DNA of 60,142 nucleotides, from positions 1 through 60,142 of the forward strand of contig DASRYI010000344.1 of the NCBI GenBank assembly GCA_035687255.1. The letters run 5' to 3'. The position numbers and the translations under genes are program-made. Of the stretch, positions 45,297-54,679 are shown piece after piece. Origin of the DNA: Candidatus Krumholzibacteriia bacterium (GTDB lineage: Bacteria; Krumholzibacteriota; Krumholzibacteriia; WVZY01; JAKEHA01). Position 1 is the stretch's first letter, and the number at the start of each line of letters is the position of its first letter. The notes under the pieces are model-generated. The model did no database searches, had not been told where the DNA came from, and saw only the letters and a program-made list of their open reading frames with translations.

Positions 45297-48200
45297 ATGT
45301 CCGACGCACGGGACGAGAGAGAGTGGCTGAAGAAAGAACGGCACGGCGAAGCGCATCAGCCGACATATTCGGCTGCCGAAGAAATCGGCGAGATGCACTT
45401 CAATGCCGAAAACTTCACCACCGCATTTGAATACTTCAGTCAAGCGCTGGAAAGCCCGGAACTCAGTAACTATCCGGAACGCTTCCGGCTCCTGCTACGG
45501 ATCAGCGACTGCCACCGCAAGCGCGGTGATTTCGTTGCGGCCGCCGACCTTCTGGAACAGGCCCGCACGTCCACGCCGGAACTTACCGTTGAAGCCCTGG
45601 GCCGCCTCGAATACCGCGAAGGATTTATTCTTCTCTGGCAGGGACAGTACGACGATGCGCTCAAGGTTGCCTTCAGCGCCTACCGCAAGCTCAAGCAGTC
45701 CGAATCCCACGGCGAAGTCGCCTATATCCAGCTCCTGATCGCGAACTGTTACCAGCGCCTGGGGCTGACCGCCGAGGCGGAGGAGTTCTTCATGGACTCT
45801 CTGTCCTCGTACCGCCGCGCCGAGGACCGCGTCGGTATCGCGTACGTCTACAACAGCCTCGGACTGCTCCACAAGAATGCGTGCCGCTGGCCGCGTGCGC
45901 TGGCGTCGCTGTCGAAATCCCTGGAACTGGCCAAGACGCTCGGCCTTTCACAGCACCTGATCGTGGTCCAGCTGAACCTCGGTGTGGTGTACGGCAAGCT
46001 TCGCCGCTTTGAAGATGCCATCAGCTCGTTTGATGCGGCGGCCGCCGGAGCCGAGCGCCTCGGGGACCAGATTGGTCTCACCCGCGCGCTGCTGATGCTC
46101 GGCCGCACGCAGGTGGCGCGCGGACTGATGGGGCGCGGCGAAAAGGCGCTGCTTCGCGCCCAGACCATGGCGGACGACGCCGGCTACCAGCGCGAGTCCG
46201 CGCTGGCCGACGAGTATCTCGGTGAGTTGATGATGGCGCGCCAGGACTACCGGGGCGCGCTGGCAAACCTCGACGCTGCCCTCGAAAAGGGGCGCCGGCT
46301 GGCGCCGGAGGGCGACGTGGTGGCGGAATGTCTGCGGCGTCTGGGCGACATTCACTATCGTCTCGGCGATTATGCGGCGGCGCTCGGTGCCATCACGGAA
46401 GGACTGCGCATTGCCGGCCAGTGCGGCGAGCTGTACGAGATAGGGTTCTTCCACCGGACGCGCGCGCTGTGCCTGGCCCGCCAGAGTGACGCCGACGGCG
46501 CACTCAATGCGATGGCCGCCAGCATGTCGACGTTCGAGGAGAACGGAAATCCGTACGAAAAAGCGGTGTCCGAACAGCTGCTGGCCCGGATGTGCACGCG
46601 CATGCAGACAGAAGTCGCGTTGCTCAAGGCCAGGGCGGCACTCACCGACAGCATTGTGGTGCTGGCGCGCATCGACGACTCGCGCGGCCAGATCATTTCG
46701 CATTCGCTGCTTTCCGGAGTTGAACGGCGGCTGGGGAACTTCGATGACTCGCTGCTCGCGGTCTACGAAGCGGAACGCCTGGCGGCGGACGAAGAATGTG
46801 CGCGTTTCCGCCGGCCGCTGGCGGCGTTGCGCCACCGCGTTGAGACGCAGATGTCGAACGCGACGCGCCGTGTCCTGGATCAGTTCTCGGTACTCGGGGA
46901 TATTCAGGGTGGAGCGCGTTCTCGCGAACAGCTTGCCAAGGGCCTCGAGGCCACGTTGCGTCTGATGGTCGAACGACTCGGTGCCCGCGGTGGCTTCATC
47001 GCGATCCCGTCGGCCCAGCAGAAGGGGCTTCAGATTGTCGCGCGTCAGGGCATGACCGCGAAGGACGCGAGCGCGGTCGAGACGTGGTACGCGAAACGTC
47101 CGGAACCGGCACACGGTCCGCTGGTTATCTCCGAGCTGGAGAACAACCCTCTGGTGGCGGATGTCCTCGCGAAGCTGGCGCTCTCCTCCGGAACGTTGCT
47201 GTTCCAGGACCTCGGATTCGACCAGGAGCATCTCGGTCTGATGTGCGTGCACAAGGACGGCGAGACGCATCGCACCGCGGTCAGCCAGGACGATCTGCAC
47301 TTCCTTGCGGCATATTCGAGTTTGATTTCCCTGTCGGTGTTCGAACTGGTGCGCAACGAGCGCAAGGGGAAAGCATCGCGGCCGGCGAAGAGCGCGGGGC
47401 GGGGATTCGAGAGTATTGTCACCGAAAACCGCGAGATGATTCACCTGCTCAATCTCGCCGAGCGCGTGGCGCATTCGGATGCCACGGTGCTGCTTCAGGG
47501 CGAAACGGGAACCGGCAAAGGCCTCATCGCCTACGCCATCCATCTGCTGTCAGAGCGGCGCGATCGCCCGTTCATTCACGTGAACTGCGCCGCGCTCCCC
47601 GAGCAGTTGCTCGAATCGGAATTGTTCGGTCACGTGCGCGGAGCGTTCACCAACGCCTACTTCGACAAGGACGGCCTGCTTTTCGAGGCCAACGGCGGCA
47701 CCATCTTCCTGGACGAGATCGGCAAGACGTCGATGACCATGCAGGGCAAGCTGCTGCAGTTTCTGGATTCGGGCCGTGTGCGCAAGGTCGGCGCCAACGA
47801 CCTGGTGCCGGTGGACGTGCGCGTCATCTGTGCCTCCAAGTCGAACCTGCTCGGCAACGTGGAGGAAGGCAAGTTCCTGGAGGACTTCTTCTACCGCATC
47901 AACGATTTCCCGCTGACGGTGCCGCCCCTGCGCGAACGCCGTGAGGACATCCCGCTCCTGATGAATCACTATCTGGAGAAACTCTCACGGGAGCTCGGCC
48001 GCTCGGTGGAGGATGTCACGCCGGAGTTCCTCTCCCGCCTGTGCGACTATGCCTGGCCGGGCAACGTGCGTGAGCTCGAAAAGGTGGTCAAGCGAGCCAT
48101 CATTCTGGCCGATGACGGCGAGACGCTGGACGTTCGCCATCTCGCGCCCGAGGTGATGAGAACCGTCGAGGCCAAGCCGGCCCCGGGCGAAGCCACGCTG

Positions 48201-48344
48201 CGCGAGCGAATCGAACAGATCGAGCAGGCCATGATCCTCGATGCGATGCGCCGCCTCGATGGCAACAAGTCCCAGGTCGCCGTTCAGCTGGGAATCAGCT
48301 ATCCCAATCTGCTCTCCAAGATAAAACGCTACAATATCCAGTAG
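45297..48344 (+). CDS. Large sigma-54 activator-type regulator: TPR repeats + GAF-like domain + AAA+ sigma-54 interaction domain + Fis-type HTH (1015 aa)
   Basis: About 450 aa of TPR-like helical repeats. Walker A GETGTGKG. FLDEIGKT. Motif ELEKVVKR. C-terminal GNKSQVAVQLGISYPNLLSKI. The sigma-54 contact loop reads GAFTNA rather than GAFTGA. Confidence 0.85.
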   Translation: MSDARDEREWLKKERHGEAHQPTYSAAEEIGEMHFNAENFTTAFEYFSQALESPELSNYPERFRLLLRISDCHRKRGDFVAAADLLEQARTSTPELTVEALGRLEYREGFILLWQGQYDDALKVAFSAYRKLKQSESHGEVAYIQLLIANCYQRLGLTAEAEEFFMDSLSSYRRAEDRVGIAYVYNSLGLLHKNACRWPRALASLSKSLELAKTLGLSQHLIVVQLNLGVVYGKLRRFEDAISSFDAAAAGAERLGDQIGLTRALLMLGRTQVARGLMGRGEKALLRAQTMADDAGYQRESALADEYLGELMMARQDYRGALANLDAALEKGRRLAPEGDVVAECLRRLGDIHYRLGDYAAALGAITEGLRIAGQCGELYEIGFFHRTRALCLARQSDADGALNAMAASMSTFEENGNPYEKAVSEQLLARMCTRMQTEVALLKARAALTDSIVVLARIDDSRGQIISHSLLSGVERRLGNFDDSLLAVYEAERLAADEECARFRRPLAALRHRVETQMSNATRRVLDQFSVLGDIQGGARSREQLAKGLEATLRLMVERLGARGGFIAIPSAQQKGLQIVARQGMTAKDASAVETWYAKRPEPAHGPLVISELENNPLVADVLAKLALSSGTLLFQDLGFDQEHLGLMCVHKDGETHRTAVSQDDLHFLAAYSSLISLSVFELVRNERKGKASRPAKSAGRGFESIVTENREMIHLLNLAERVAHSDATVLLQGETGTGKGLIAYAIHLLSERRDRPFIHVNCAALPEQLLESELFGHVRGAFTNAYFDKDGLLFEANGGTIFLDEIGKTSMTMQGKLLQFLDSGRVRKVGANDLVPVDVRVICASKSNLLGNVEEGKFLEDFFYRINDFPLTVPPLRERREDIPLLMNHYLEKLSRELGRSVEDVTPEFLSRLCDYAWPGNVRELEKVVKRAIILADDGETLDVRHLAPEVMRTVEAKPAPGEATLRERIEQIEQAMILDAMRRLDGNKSQVAVQLGISYPNLLSKIKRYNIQ

Positions 48345-48582
48345 CGCCTCCCCGCAACGCGGCTCTTTATTAAAAGTTTTAATAGCGCTGTTTTCATCGC
48401 GTAAGTGATTTGGCTGCGCTCGGTTATTTCATTCCGGCCAGGTCGTCATGAATTTTCTTAACACAGCGGTCTGAATCATCGGGGAACAGGCGTATCGTTT
48501 ACCCGCCTGTGTGTCCATACAAGTCATTTGTTCGCAATCGATTATTCCCATTTTTGGAACTCTGTGGAAGAAAGTTCCCGGA

Positions 48583-48598
48583 TGGCATGCAGGTTGCC
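48583..48598 (+). promoter_or_regulatory. Sigma-54-type -24/-12 match TGGCAT-N5-TTGC
   Basis: TGGCATGCAGGTTGCC has the exact GG-N10-GC spacing. It sits in the AT-richer spacer, ~590 nt upstream of the next ORF. Confidence 0.35.
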
Positions 48599-49139
48599 CT
48601 AGCACTCCTTCGGAAGTCATCCCGTGCGTAAATGAACTTCCATCTGGTGGGGGAAGGATCCTGGGGAACGCAAGTTCCCCAGGAATCCGACCAAAGACAA
48701 AGATTTAACGGACTGAAACCAGGAGTGACTCTCGACAAATTCGGCTGACCCACAGTCACCGATAGCGAACCGACGCTCTGTTAACGTTCCGTAGCAAGCT
48801 GCTGGCTTTGCGCTGTAAGTTGATTTCGAGAGGTGGGGTCTCGATATTAACGACCGGAATGTGCAGAGCGTCGGTGTTTTTGTTTTCGGGACCATCTCTC
48901 GCCACCGTCACACACCCTCGACCTGGTTTCCCGGCTTTCCTCCAGCTATCCGAACTCCTCTTCCCGTGTCCAATTTTGGGGTCACCGGTGTAACCGGGAC
49001 AACACGCTTCCCGGCCTGCCACCGCCCCCGGCGCTCCTGACATGGTGCGCGCAATGCGGCCTTCTGTCGCGCGCAATCCGTTCACAACGTGTCACTTCAG
49101 CATTCCCGCGGTAACCCGCGTCGCGCTTCGCCGGGCATG

Positions 49140-49155
49140 TGGCATGTGGCTTGCG
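49140..49155 (+). promoter_or_regulatory. Sigma-54-type -24/-12 match TGGCAT-N5-TTGC directly upstream of the surface operon
   Basis: TGGCATGTGGCTTGCG has the exact GG-N10-GC spacing. ATG 49172 is only ~18 nt downstream of the -12 GC, which implies a very short leader. Confidence 0.4.
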
Positions 49156-49171
49156 CTATGGCCCGGTTGAG

Positions 49172-50017
49172 ATGATGCAATACGCGCGCATAAGAAACCC
49201 AATCGACCGTGTCGCGAGGCTGTCGGGTGCTCTCGTGGCGGTCGCTGCGCTGACGATGCCTCTCGTTGCTGGTTGCGAAGATGACCCCGTCGTGGCGCCG
49301 GACAATCCTCCGTTCCCGCCCGACGGGGTCTTCAGTGTTACCGGCGACAATCTCGTTTCTCTCTACTGGAATCCAAATCAGGAAAGCGATCTCGCCGGCT
49401 ACCGCGTCTATCGCGGCAACGTTGATCTGTCGGGTCCCTATTACAAGATCGCCACGGTCTCCAAGAATCAGACCTGGTACGACGACACCGACGTCAAGAA
49501 CGGCGAAACATGGTTTTATGCCGTGACGGCCTATGACACGCACGGCCACGAAAGTGATTTGAGCGCCGAGGATGTATTCGATACTCCGCGGCCGGAGGGC
49601 TTCAATTTGGTGCTGGTCGATCTGGGGCAAGATCCGTCGCACGCGGGCTACGACTTTTCGAGTCTGTCGAACGCTTCGCAAAGTGTGGCGCAGAGCACCA
49701 CGGATATCTACTTCGAGTCGCAGGGCGGCGTGAATTACGTCGTGTGTGCCAAGCCCGAAGTAGATATCCAGGACTACGGCCTGATCGATCTGATCGGCGT
49801 GGACTGGGCACCCGTGGATAACGGGTGGGCTCCGTCCAAGCGTGCCGAGGCGATCGTGGGCCACAGCTATATCGTTCGGATTCTCAATGGCCAGGGTGAT
49901 TTCAACATGGCGAAGTTCATCGTGAAGAACGTGACCAACACGAGCCTCACGCTGGACTGGGCGTATCAGGCGGTTTCCAACAACCCCGAGCTCCTCGTGA
50001 TAGGAGGTACGCGATGA
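49172..50017 (+). CDS. Lipoprotein with FN3-like domain
   Basis: MMQYARIRNPIDRVARLSGALVAVAALTMPLVAGC (lipobox LVAGC). FN3-like LVSLYWNPNQESDLAGYRVYRG...ETWFYAVTAYDTHGHESD. Confidence 0.65.
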   Translation: MMQYARIRNPIDRVARLSGALVAVAALTMPLVAGCEDDPVVAPDNPPFPPDGVFSVTGDNLVSLYWNPNQESDLAGYRVYRGNVDLSGPYYKIATVSKNQTWYDDTDVKNGETWFYAVTAYDTHGHESDLSAEDVFDTPRPEGFNLVLVDLGQDPSHAGYDFSSLSNASQSVAQSTTDIYFESQGGVNYVVCAKPEVDIQDYGLIDLIGVDWAPVDNGWAPSKRAEAIVGHSYIVRILNGQGDFNMAKFIVKNVTNTSLTLDWAYQAVSNNPELLVIGGTR

Positions 50018-51048
50018 AACTCACACACTGGTCAGGCATGATCATGGCGGCGGCCGTCACCGTGGCGGCGCTGCCGGTAACCAGCCATGCGACCCGCTAC
50101 GTGGCGCACGCGACGGTTTCGGGACCGGTCGCGGTGCGGGTATGGGTCCAGGGCGGAGACGTGTTCCCGGATTACAACCATGTGACGTTGTGGCTGAGCG
50201 CCGACCGCGATTGCTACACATCACTCTTCATCGTCGATACCGACGGCTTCATCCATGTGCTGAACATGGGGGGCGCCTACGGTGACGGCTGGCTGTACGG
50301 CGGAAGAAACTACAGCTTCCGTGCCTGCGATCTGGGGCTCGATCGTCTGGACGGCCGTGGCATCGCCTACGTCTTCGCCGTCGGCAGCCCGGTGCCGTTC
50401 GACTACTCCTACTATGGCGCCGGCGTGTACGTGAACGGCTTCGGTTTCCGCGTCGTGGGTGACCCGTTTGTCGCCTGCCGCGAGTTCTATACGTCGCTGC
50501 TTCCGGTCACGTGCCGTTGGGACTACGTCGGAGTGGGTTACACACGGTTCTACGTGCACGAATGGATGCGTTATCCGTCGTATCTGTGCGCGTCCCACGT
50601 TCACTTCGGTGCTCCTTGCCGCGAGTGCGCGTCGGTGTACACGACGTATCGCGGCAACGTGGCGGCTCCGTACCAGGCCATGCGTCCGGTGGTGCGCTTC
50701 AAGGACAGCGCGCGCTACAACCTGCAGCACGTCACGCGCGAACCCGCAGGACGGAGCCGCACCGACGTTCGTTCGACGGTTGCGGAACCGCTCACGAGGA
50801 CACCCATTGCCCGTGAAGAGACGCGGCGCGTGAAGAGCTATGAGAACGTCCGCGTGGTATCGACAAGTCGCGACGCGGCGAGTGCCCCGAGCTTCCGGCC
50901 CGTGAAGAACTCAAGCACGGTGGCGGTGCGCACGCCCGCGACGGCCGGAAACGGCAGGACGGTGGCGTTCAAGAGCGGGAAGAAATCCGTGTCGAAGACA
51001 AATGTGGCGCAGAAGGGTAACGGCAAGAAGGTGCGCCAGGCAGAATAG
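50014..51048 (+). CDS. Secreted protein with DUF4384-like domain and Lys/Arg-rich tail
   Basis: GGAGG RBS and ATGA overlap. Signal present. VAVRVWVQGGDVFPDYNHVTLWLSADRDCYTSLFIVDTDGFIHVL fits the DUF4384 pattern (pattern-level call). Confidence 0.55.
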   Translation: MKLTHWSGMIMAAAVTVAALPVTSHATRYVAHATVSGPVAVRVWVQGGDVFPDYNHVTLWLSADRDCYTSLFIVDTDGFIHVLNMGGAYGDGWLYGGRNYSFRACDLGLDRLDGRGIAYVFAVGSPVPFDYSYYGAGVYVNGFGFRVVGDPFVACREFYTSLLPVTCRWDYVGVGYTRFYVHEWMRYPSYLCASHVHFGAPCRECASVYTTYRGNVAAPYQAMRPVVRFKDSARYNLQHVTREPAGRSRTDVRSTVAEPLTRTPIAREETRRVKSYENVRVVSTSRDAASAPSFRPVKNSSTVAVRTPATAGNGRTVAFKSGKKSVSKTNVAQKGNGKKVRQAE

Positions 51049-51111
51049 ATGACCTTGCATGAATTGGTTGGCTGGTAGCGTGAAGTATCCTGGTTAGGAC
51101 AGGCCGACCAT

Positions 51112-51177
51112 AAGGGGGAGTTGCGCCGGAGTAAGCGTCGATCAGGGGCGGCGAATTACGGGCGTCAACTCCCCCTT
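51112..51177 (+). terminator. Long-range stem-loop between DUF4384 gene and M6-like gene (terminator or attenuator candidate)
   Basis: Perfect 12-bp arms AAGGGGGAGTTG / CAACTCCCCCTT, extended by CGCC/GGCG, enclosing ~40 nt and followed by TTACTATT. Confidence 0.35.
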
Positions 51178-51182
51178 TACTA

Positions 51183-51212
51183 TTGACCGTAACGCAGCGT
51201 GTCCCCTAATGT
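51183..51212 (+). promoter_or_regulatory. Candidate sigma-70-type promoter TTGACC-N18-TAATGT
   Basis: Located ~80 nt upstream of GTG 51291. Confidence 0.3.
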
Positions 51213-51290
51213 TGGCGAATAATCCGCAGTTCCCTGGACTGCTTCTCGATCAACGGCATCCCGACATTTATTCTCATTGATTCGTTTCTG

Positions 51291-54200
51291 GTGAAGGTTA
51301 CGCACGCGCGCATTTTTGTCTTTGCGACGTTACTCGCTCTGGCCGCTTCGGGTGCGACGACGGCGCATGCCGTCCGTCCCACGCCTGCCTATCAGGGCGG
51401 CAAGTCCCAGCAAGCACCCCGGGCCCCGGACGCGCTGAGCAGCAACGCGCACTCCCTCAACGACTATCAGCGCGCCCGTCTGGCGCGCATCACCGGGCAC
51501 GCCGGCTATGTGCTTGCGCCTGGCTCGAGCGACACGCTGCGCGTCGCCGTGTTTCAGGTCCAGTTCACGGACAGCCTGATGGGAGGCCAGCCCGGCAGCA
51601 ATCGGCCGCAGTTGCGCGATTCCACCTGGTTTGGCAACGAACTCACCCATGTGGCCCAGTACTTCAAGGGCGCCTCGCGCAACCGGTTCGTGTTCAAGCC
51701 GACGCTCGACGGGACGCTGTATACACTCTCAAAGAAGATGTCGTACTACGGCTCCGATGCGAACGAAGACACGCGTGTCGTCGAACTCGCGCAGGAAGTG
51801 ATCAACCTGGTGGACGACAGCGTGGATTTCTCGCAGTTCGATCACGTCATGATCATCCACGCGGGCGCGGGCCAGGAAACCGACGTGAACGGTGACTCAC
51901 CGATTCAGATCTGGTCGAGTTTCTACGATCGGTCCGACATCCGGCGCGCGCAGAAAGACCCCGCCAGTCCGGGATTGCCGACCAACGATATGCGTAACGG
52001 CCAGCCCGTCTTCGTCGACAATTTCTCCATCGTGCCCTCGCACGCGTCGCAGGACTACGCCACGGTGGGAACACTGGGTATCTGGACGTACCAGATCGGG
52101 AATCGCATCGGGCTCGTTCCGTTGTTCGATTCAACCCCCTCGGGAGCGCCCGATTCGCAGGGTGTGGGGAACTTCTGCCTGATGGGCTACGGCCTTTTCG
52201 ATGTGAACGGCTTCGTGCCTGCGTTTCCGTGCGCGTTCAACCGCGTGCTGGCCGGTTGGGTGGACCCGGTCGTGGTGGATGCGGAACCGGCGTCCGTGGC
52301 CGTGCGGCTGGCGGATATCAACACCGGCAGCGACGCGGACACGGTGTGCATCAAGGTGCCCATCACCGAGAACGAGTACTATCTGGTCGACAACCGCGTG
52401 CACGACACCAACGCCGACAGCCTGTTTACCTTCCACGACGACAACATGGATCTGATCCCGCAGAACGATGAGTCGCTGGACGGCGCCGAGTTCGATTTCT
52501 TTCTGACCGACCTCAGCAATCCGTACACCTCCCGATATGATCCCGACTACGGTTTCACGGTCCTGTTCCGGCGAACCGGCAGCGGGATGTACATCTGGCA
52601 TGTGGACGAACAGGTGATTCGTGACGCGGTCCAGCAGGGGTACCTCCCGGATGACTACGTGAACCGCAAGGGCGTCGACCTCGAGGAAGCGGACGGCGTG
52701 CAGGATATGGATCGTCCCGGCCCGGCGGCGTTCTCGCTCGGCAGCTATTTCGATTCGTTCCGCGTGGGGGACGGCAACCATTCCGTCTTTGGACCCGCCA
52801 CCAAACCCAACTCCGCGTCCAACTCGGGCGCCGCCACCGGCATTGAAATCGCGACGACGTCGGCGCCGGGCCCGTTCATGCGGGTGACGGTGCGCCGCCA
52901 GCTCCCCTATGACGACGTGCGCGTACGCTGGGCGGCCGCGTCGCCGGGGCAGGCCGCGACGCCGGTCGATCTCGACAACGACGGCAACCTGGAAATCGTG
53001 ACGCTCTCGGACAGCGCGGGTGTCTTTGTCTTCAATTCCGACGGCACGGAATGGAACGACGCTGACAACAACCCCGCCACCATTGAGCCCTACATCGCCG
53101 TGCCGGGCGTTCGCTGGGCGGGACCTCCGGCGTTCGCCAACCTGGATGCCGCACCCGACATTGAGATCGTTGCCGCCGCGACCAATGGCGACCTCTACGC
53201 GTGGAAGGCGAGCGGTGCTGAACTTGTGGATGGAGACGCGAATCCCGCGACGGTTGGAATTCTGCACAGGGGATTGCCGATTGTGGCGCCGCCCATGCTG
53301 CTGGATGTCAACGGGGGCGCACCCGACGTGGTGATCGCCGAGCAGCAGGCCACTTCGGTGCGCATTTCGCTCATCGACGCCACCGGCGCCAGCGTGACGC
53401 CGCCGTCGTCGCTGATATCGCCGCTGTGGCCCGCGTCCATCCCCGGCCAGCGTGCCGCACCGCTCGCGGAAATGCACGTCAAGGACGGCGCCACCACCAC
53501 CGTGGGCGTGGCGGTCGCGTCGGTGGATACCACGGCCGCGCGCATGACCTTTACCTGGATTCCCGCCACCTTCACGGGCGCGACGCCCGCGACCCCGCCG
53601 GTGATCGTCTCGCACAGTCTGGGTGGCGCCGCTTCGCTGGCAGCCATGCCGTCGGCGCCGGCGGTGGGTGACATCGATCACGACGGCGACGATGAGGCCG
53701 TCGTGACCACGCCGGCCGGAAAGGTGGTCGTGCTCGACGTCGGATCCGCGTTTGCAAACGACGTCACCACGCAGACGGGCGATCTGCGCGCCGCGAATCC
53801 GTCGGCGCCGGCCCTGGGCGACGTGGACGGTGACGGCGTGCTGGAAATCGCGGTCTGGGATGAATCCTACGTGTATCTTCTCAAGTCGAACGCGCGTCCG
53901 TTGCTGGAGTGGCCGCGTCCGATCCACCCCGATACCGGTGGTGACACGCCGCCGGTTCGCCTGGTCCGGGAATTCGAGAGCCCGCTGCTTGTCGACATGA
54001 ACAACGATGCGTCCATGGACGTTCTGTTCCCGCTCGACGATGGAACGTTGTGGGCGTCGCTCGCGTCGGGCACATCCGCGCCCGGATTTCCTCGCGTTGG
54101 TCCCGCGGAATCGGGCTGTGCCCCCGCGGTGGCGAAACTCACGACGGGCGGCGGCTACTCGCTGGTGGCGCTGGGAAGCGCCGGGGCGCTTCGTTCCGTG

Positions 54201-54650
54201 AACTCCGTGATCGATTCACTGGGTGTCAACAACCAGACGACGTTGTCGATTCAATCTCTTTCCGGCATCGGCACCAGTCAGTGGCCGATGGCACGCGTCG
54301 ATCTGCGGCGCAGCGGCCGCGTCGGAACCACGTCGTCGGTGGTGAAGAACGTTTCGGCCTTCGATGCATCCTCGTTCATCATCTATCCCAATCCGGTAAA
54401 GGCGGCGACCGTGCACGCACGCGTGAACACCAGTGCGCGCGCGACGGTGTCGCTCTCCGTGCTTGATCTCGAGGGACAGGAAGCCATTACGCGCTCATTT
54501 ACAGTCAATCCGAACGGCCTTCCGAACACACCCTTTGACGAAGCCATTGATGTGGCCGCGCTGAAGAGCGGTGTATACTTGATGCGCCTTCACATCGAGT
54601 CGCCGGCGGGCAGCGGGTCTGTGGTCAAGACGTTCGCGATTCGCCGGTAG
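51291..54650 (+). CDS. M6 (InhA/PrtV)-like metalloprotease-fold protein with degenerate active site, FG-GAP/VCBS repeats and type-A T9SS C-terminal domain (1119 aa)
   Basis: Signal MKVTHARIFVFATLLALAASGATTAHA. M6-like blocks LRVAVFQVQFTD, HVMIIHAGAGQE, DSQGVGNFCLMGYG, AFNRVLAGWVDP. The expected HExxHxxGxxD reads YQIGNRIGLVP. FG-GAP-like DLDNDGNLEIV, GDIDHDGDDEAVV, GDVDGDGVLEIAV. C-terminus IIYPNPVKAATVHARV...SGVYLMRLHIES...KTFAIRR. Confidence 0.75.
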   Translation: MKVTHARIFVFATLLALAASGATTAHAVRPTPAYQGGKSQQAPRAPDALSSNAHSLNDYQRARLARITGHAGYVLAPGSSDTLRVAVFQVQFTDSLMGGQPGSNRPQLRDSTWFGNELTHVAQYFKGASRNRFVFKPTLDGTLYTLSKKMSYYGSDANEDTRVVELAQEVINLVDDSVDFSQFDHVMIIHAGAGQETDVNGDSPIQIWSSFYDRSDIRRAQKDPASPGLPTNDMRNGQPVFVDNFSIVPSHASQDYATVGTLGIWTYQIGNRIGLVPLFDSTPSGAPDSQGVGNFCLMGYGLFDVNGFVPAFPCAFNRVLAGWVDPVVVDAEPASVAVRLADINTGSDADTVCIKVPITENEYYLVDNRVHDTNADSLFTFHDDNMDLIPQNDESLDGAEFDFFLTDLSNPYTSRYDPDYGFTVLFRRTGSGMYIWHVDEQVIRDAVQQGYLPDDYVNRKGVDLEEADGVQDMDRPGPAAFSLGSYFDSFRVGDGNHSVFGPATKPNSASNSGAATGIEIATTSAPGPFMRVTVRRQLPYDDVRVRWAAASPGQAATPVDLDNDGNLEIVTLSDSAGVFVFNSDGTEWNDADNNPATIEPYIAVPGVRWAGPPAFANLDAAPDIEIVAAATNGDLYAWKASGAELVDGDANPATVGILHRGLPIVAPPMLLDVNGGAPDVVIAEQQATSVRISLIDATGASVTPPSSLISPLWPASIPGQRAAPLAEMHVKDGATTTVGVAVASVDTTAARMTFTWIPATFTGATPATPPVIVSHSLGGAASLAAMPSAPAVGDIDHDGDDEAVVTTPAGKVVVLDVGSAFANDVTTQTGDLRAANPSAPALGDVDGDGVLEIAVWDESYVYLLKSNARPLLEWPRPIHPDTGGDTPPVRLVREFESPLLVDMNNDASMDVLFPLDDGTLWASLASGTSAPGFPRVGPAESGCAPAVAKLTTGGGYSLVALGSAGALRSVNSVIDSLGVNNQTTLSIQSLSGIGTSQWPMARVDLRRSGRVGTTSSVVKNVSAFDASSFIIYPNPVKAATVHARVNTSARATVSLSVLDLEGQEAITRSFTVNPNGLPNTPFDEAIDVAALKSGVYLMRLHIESPAGSGSVVKTFAIRR

Positions 54651-54679
54651 GCGGCGAGCGAAGACAAGGAGTCTCTGCG

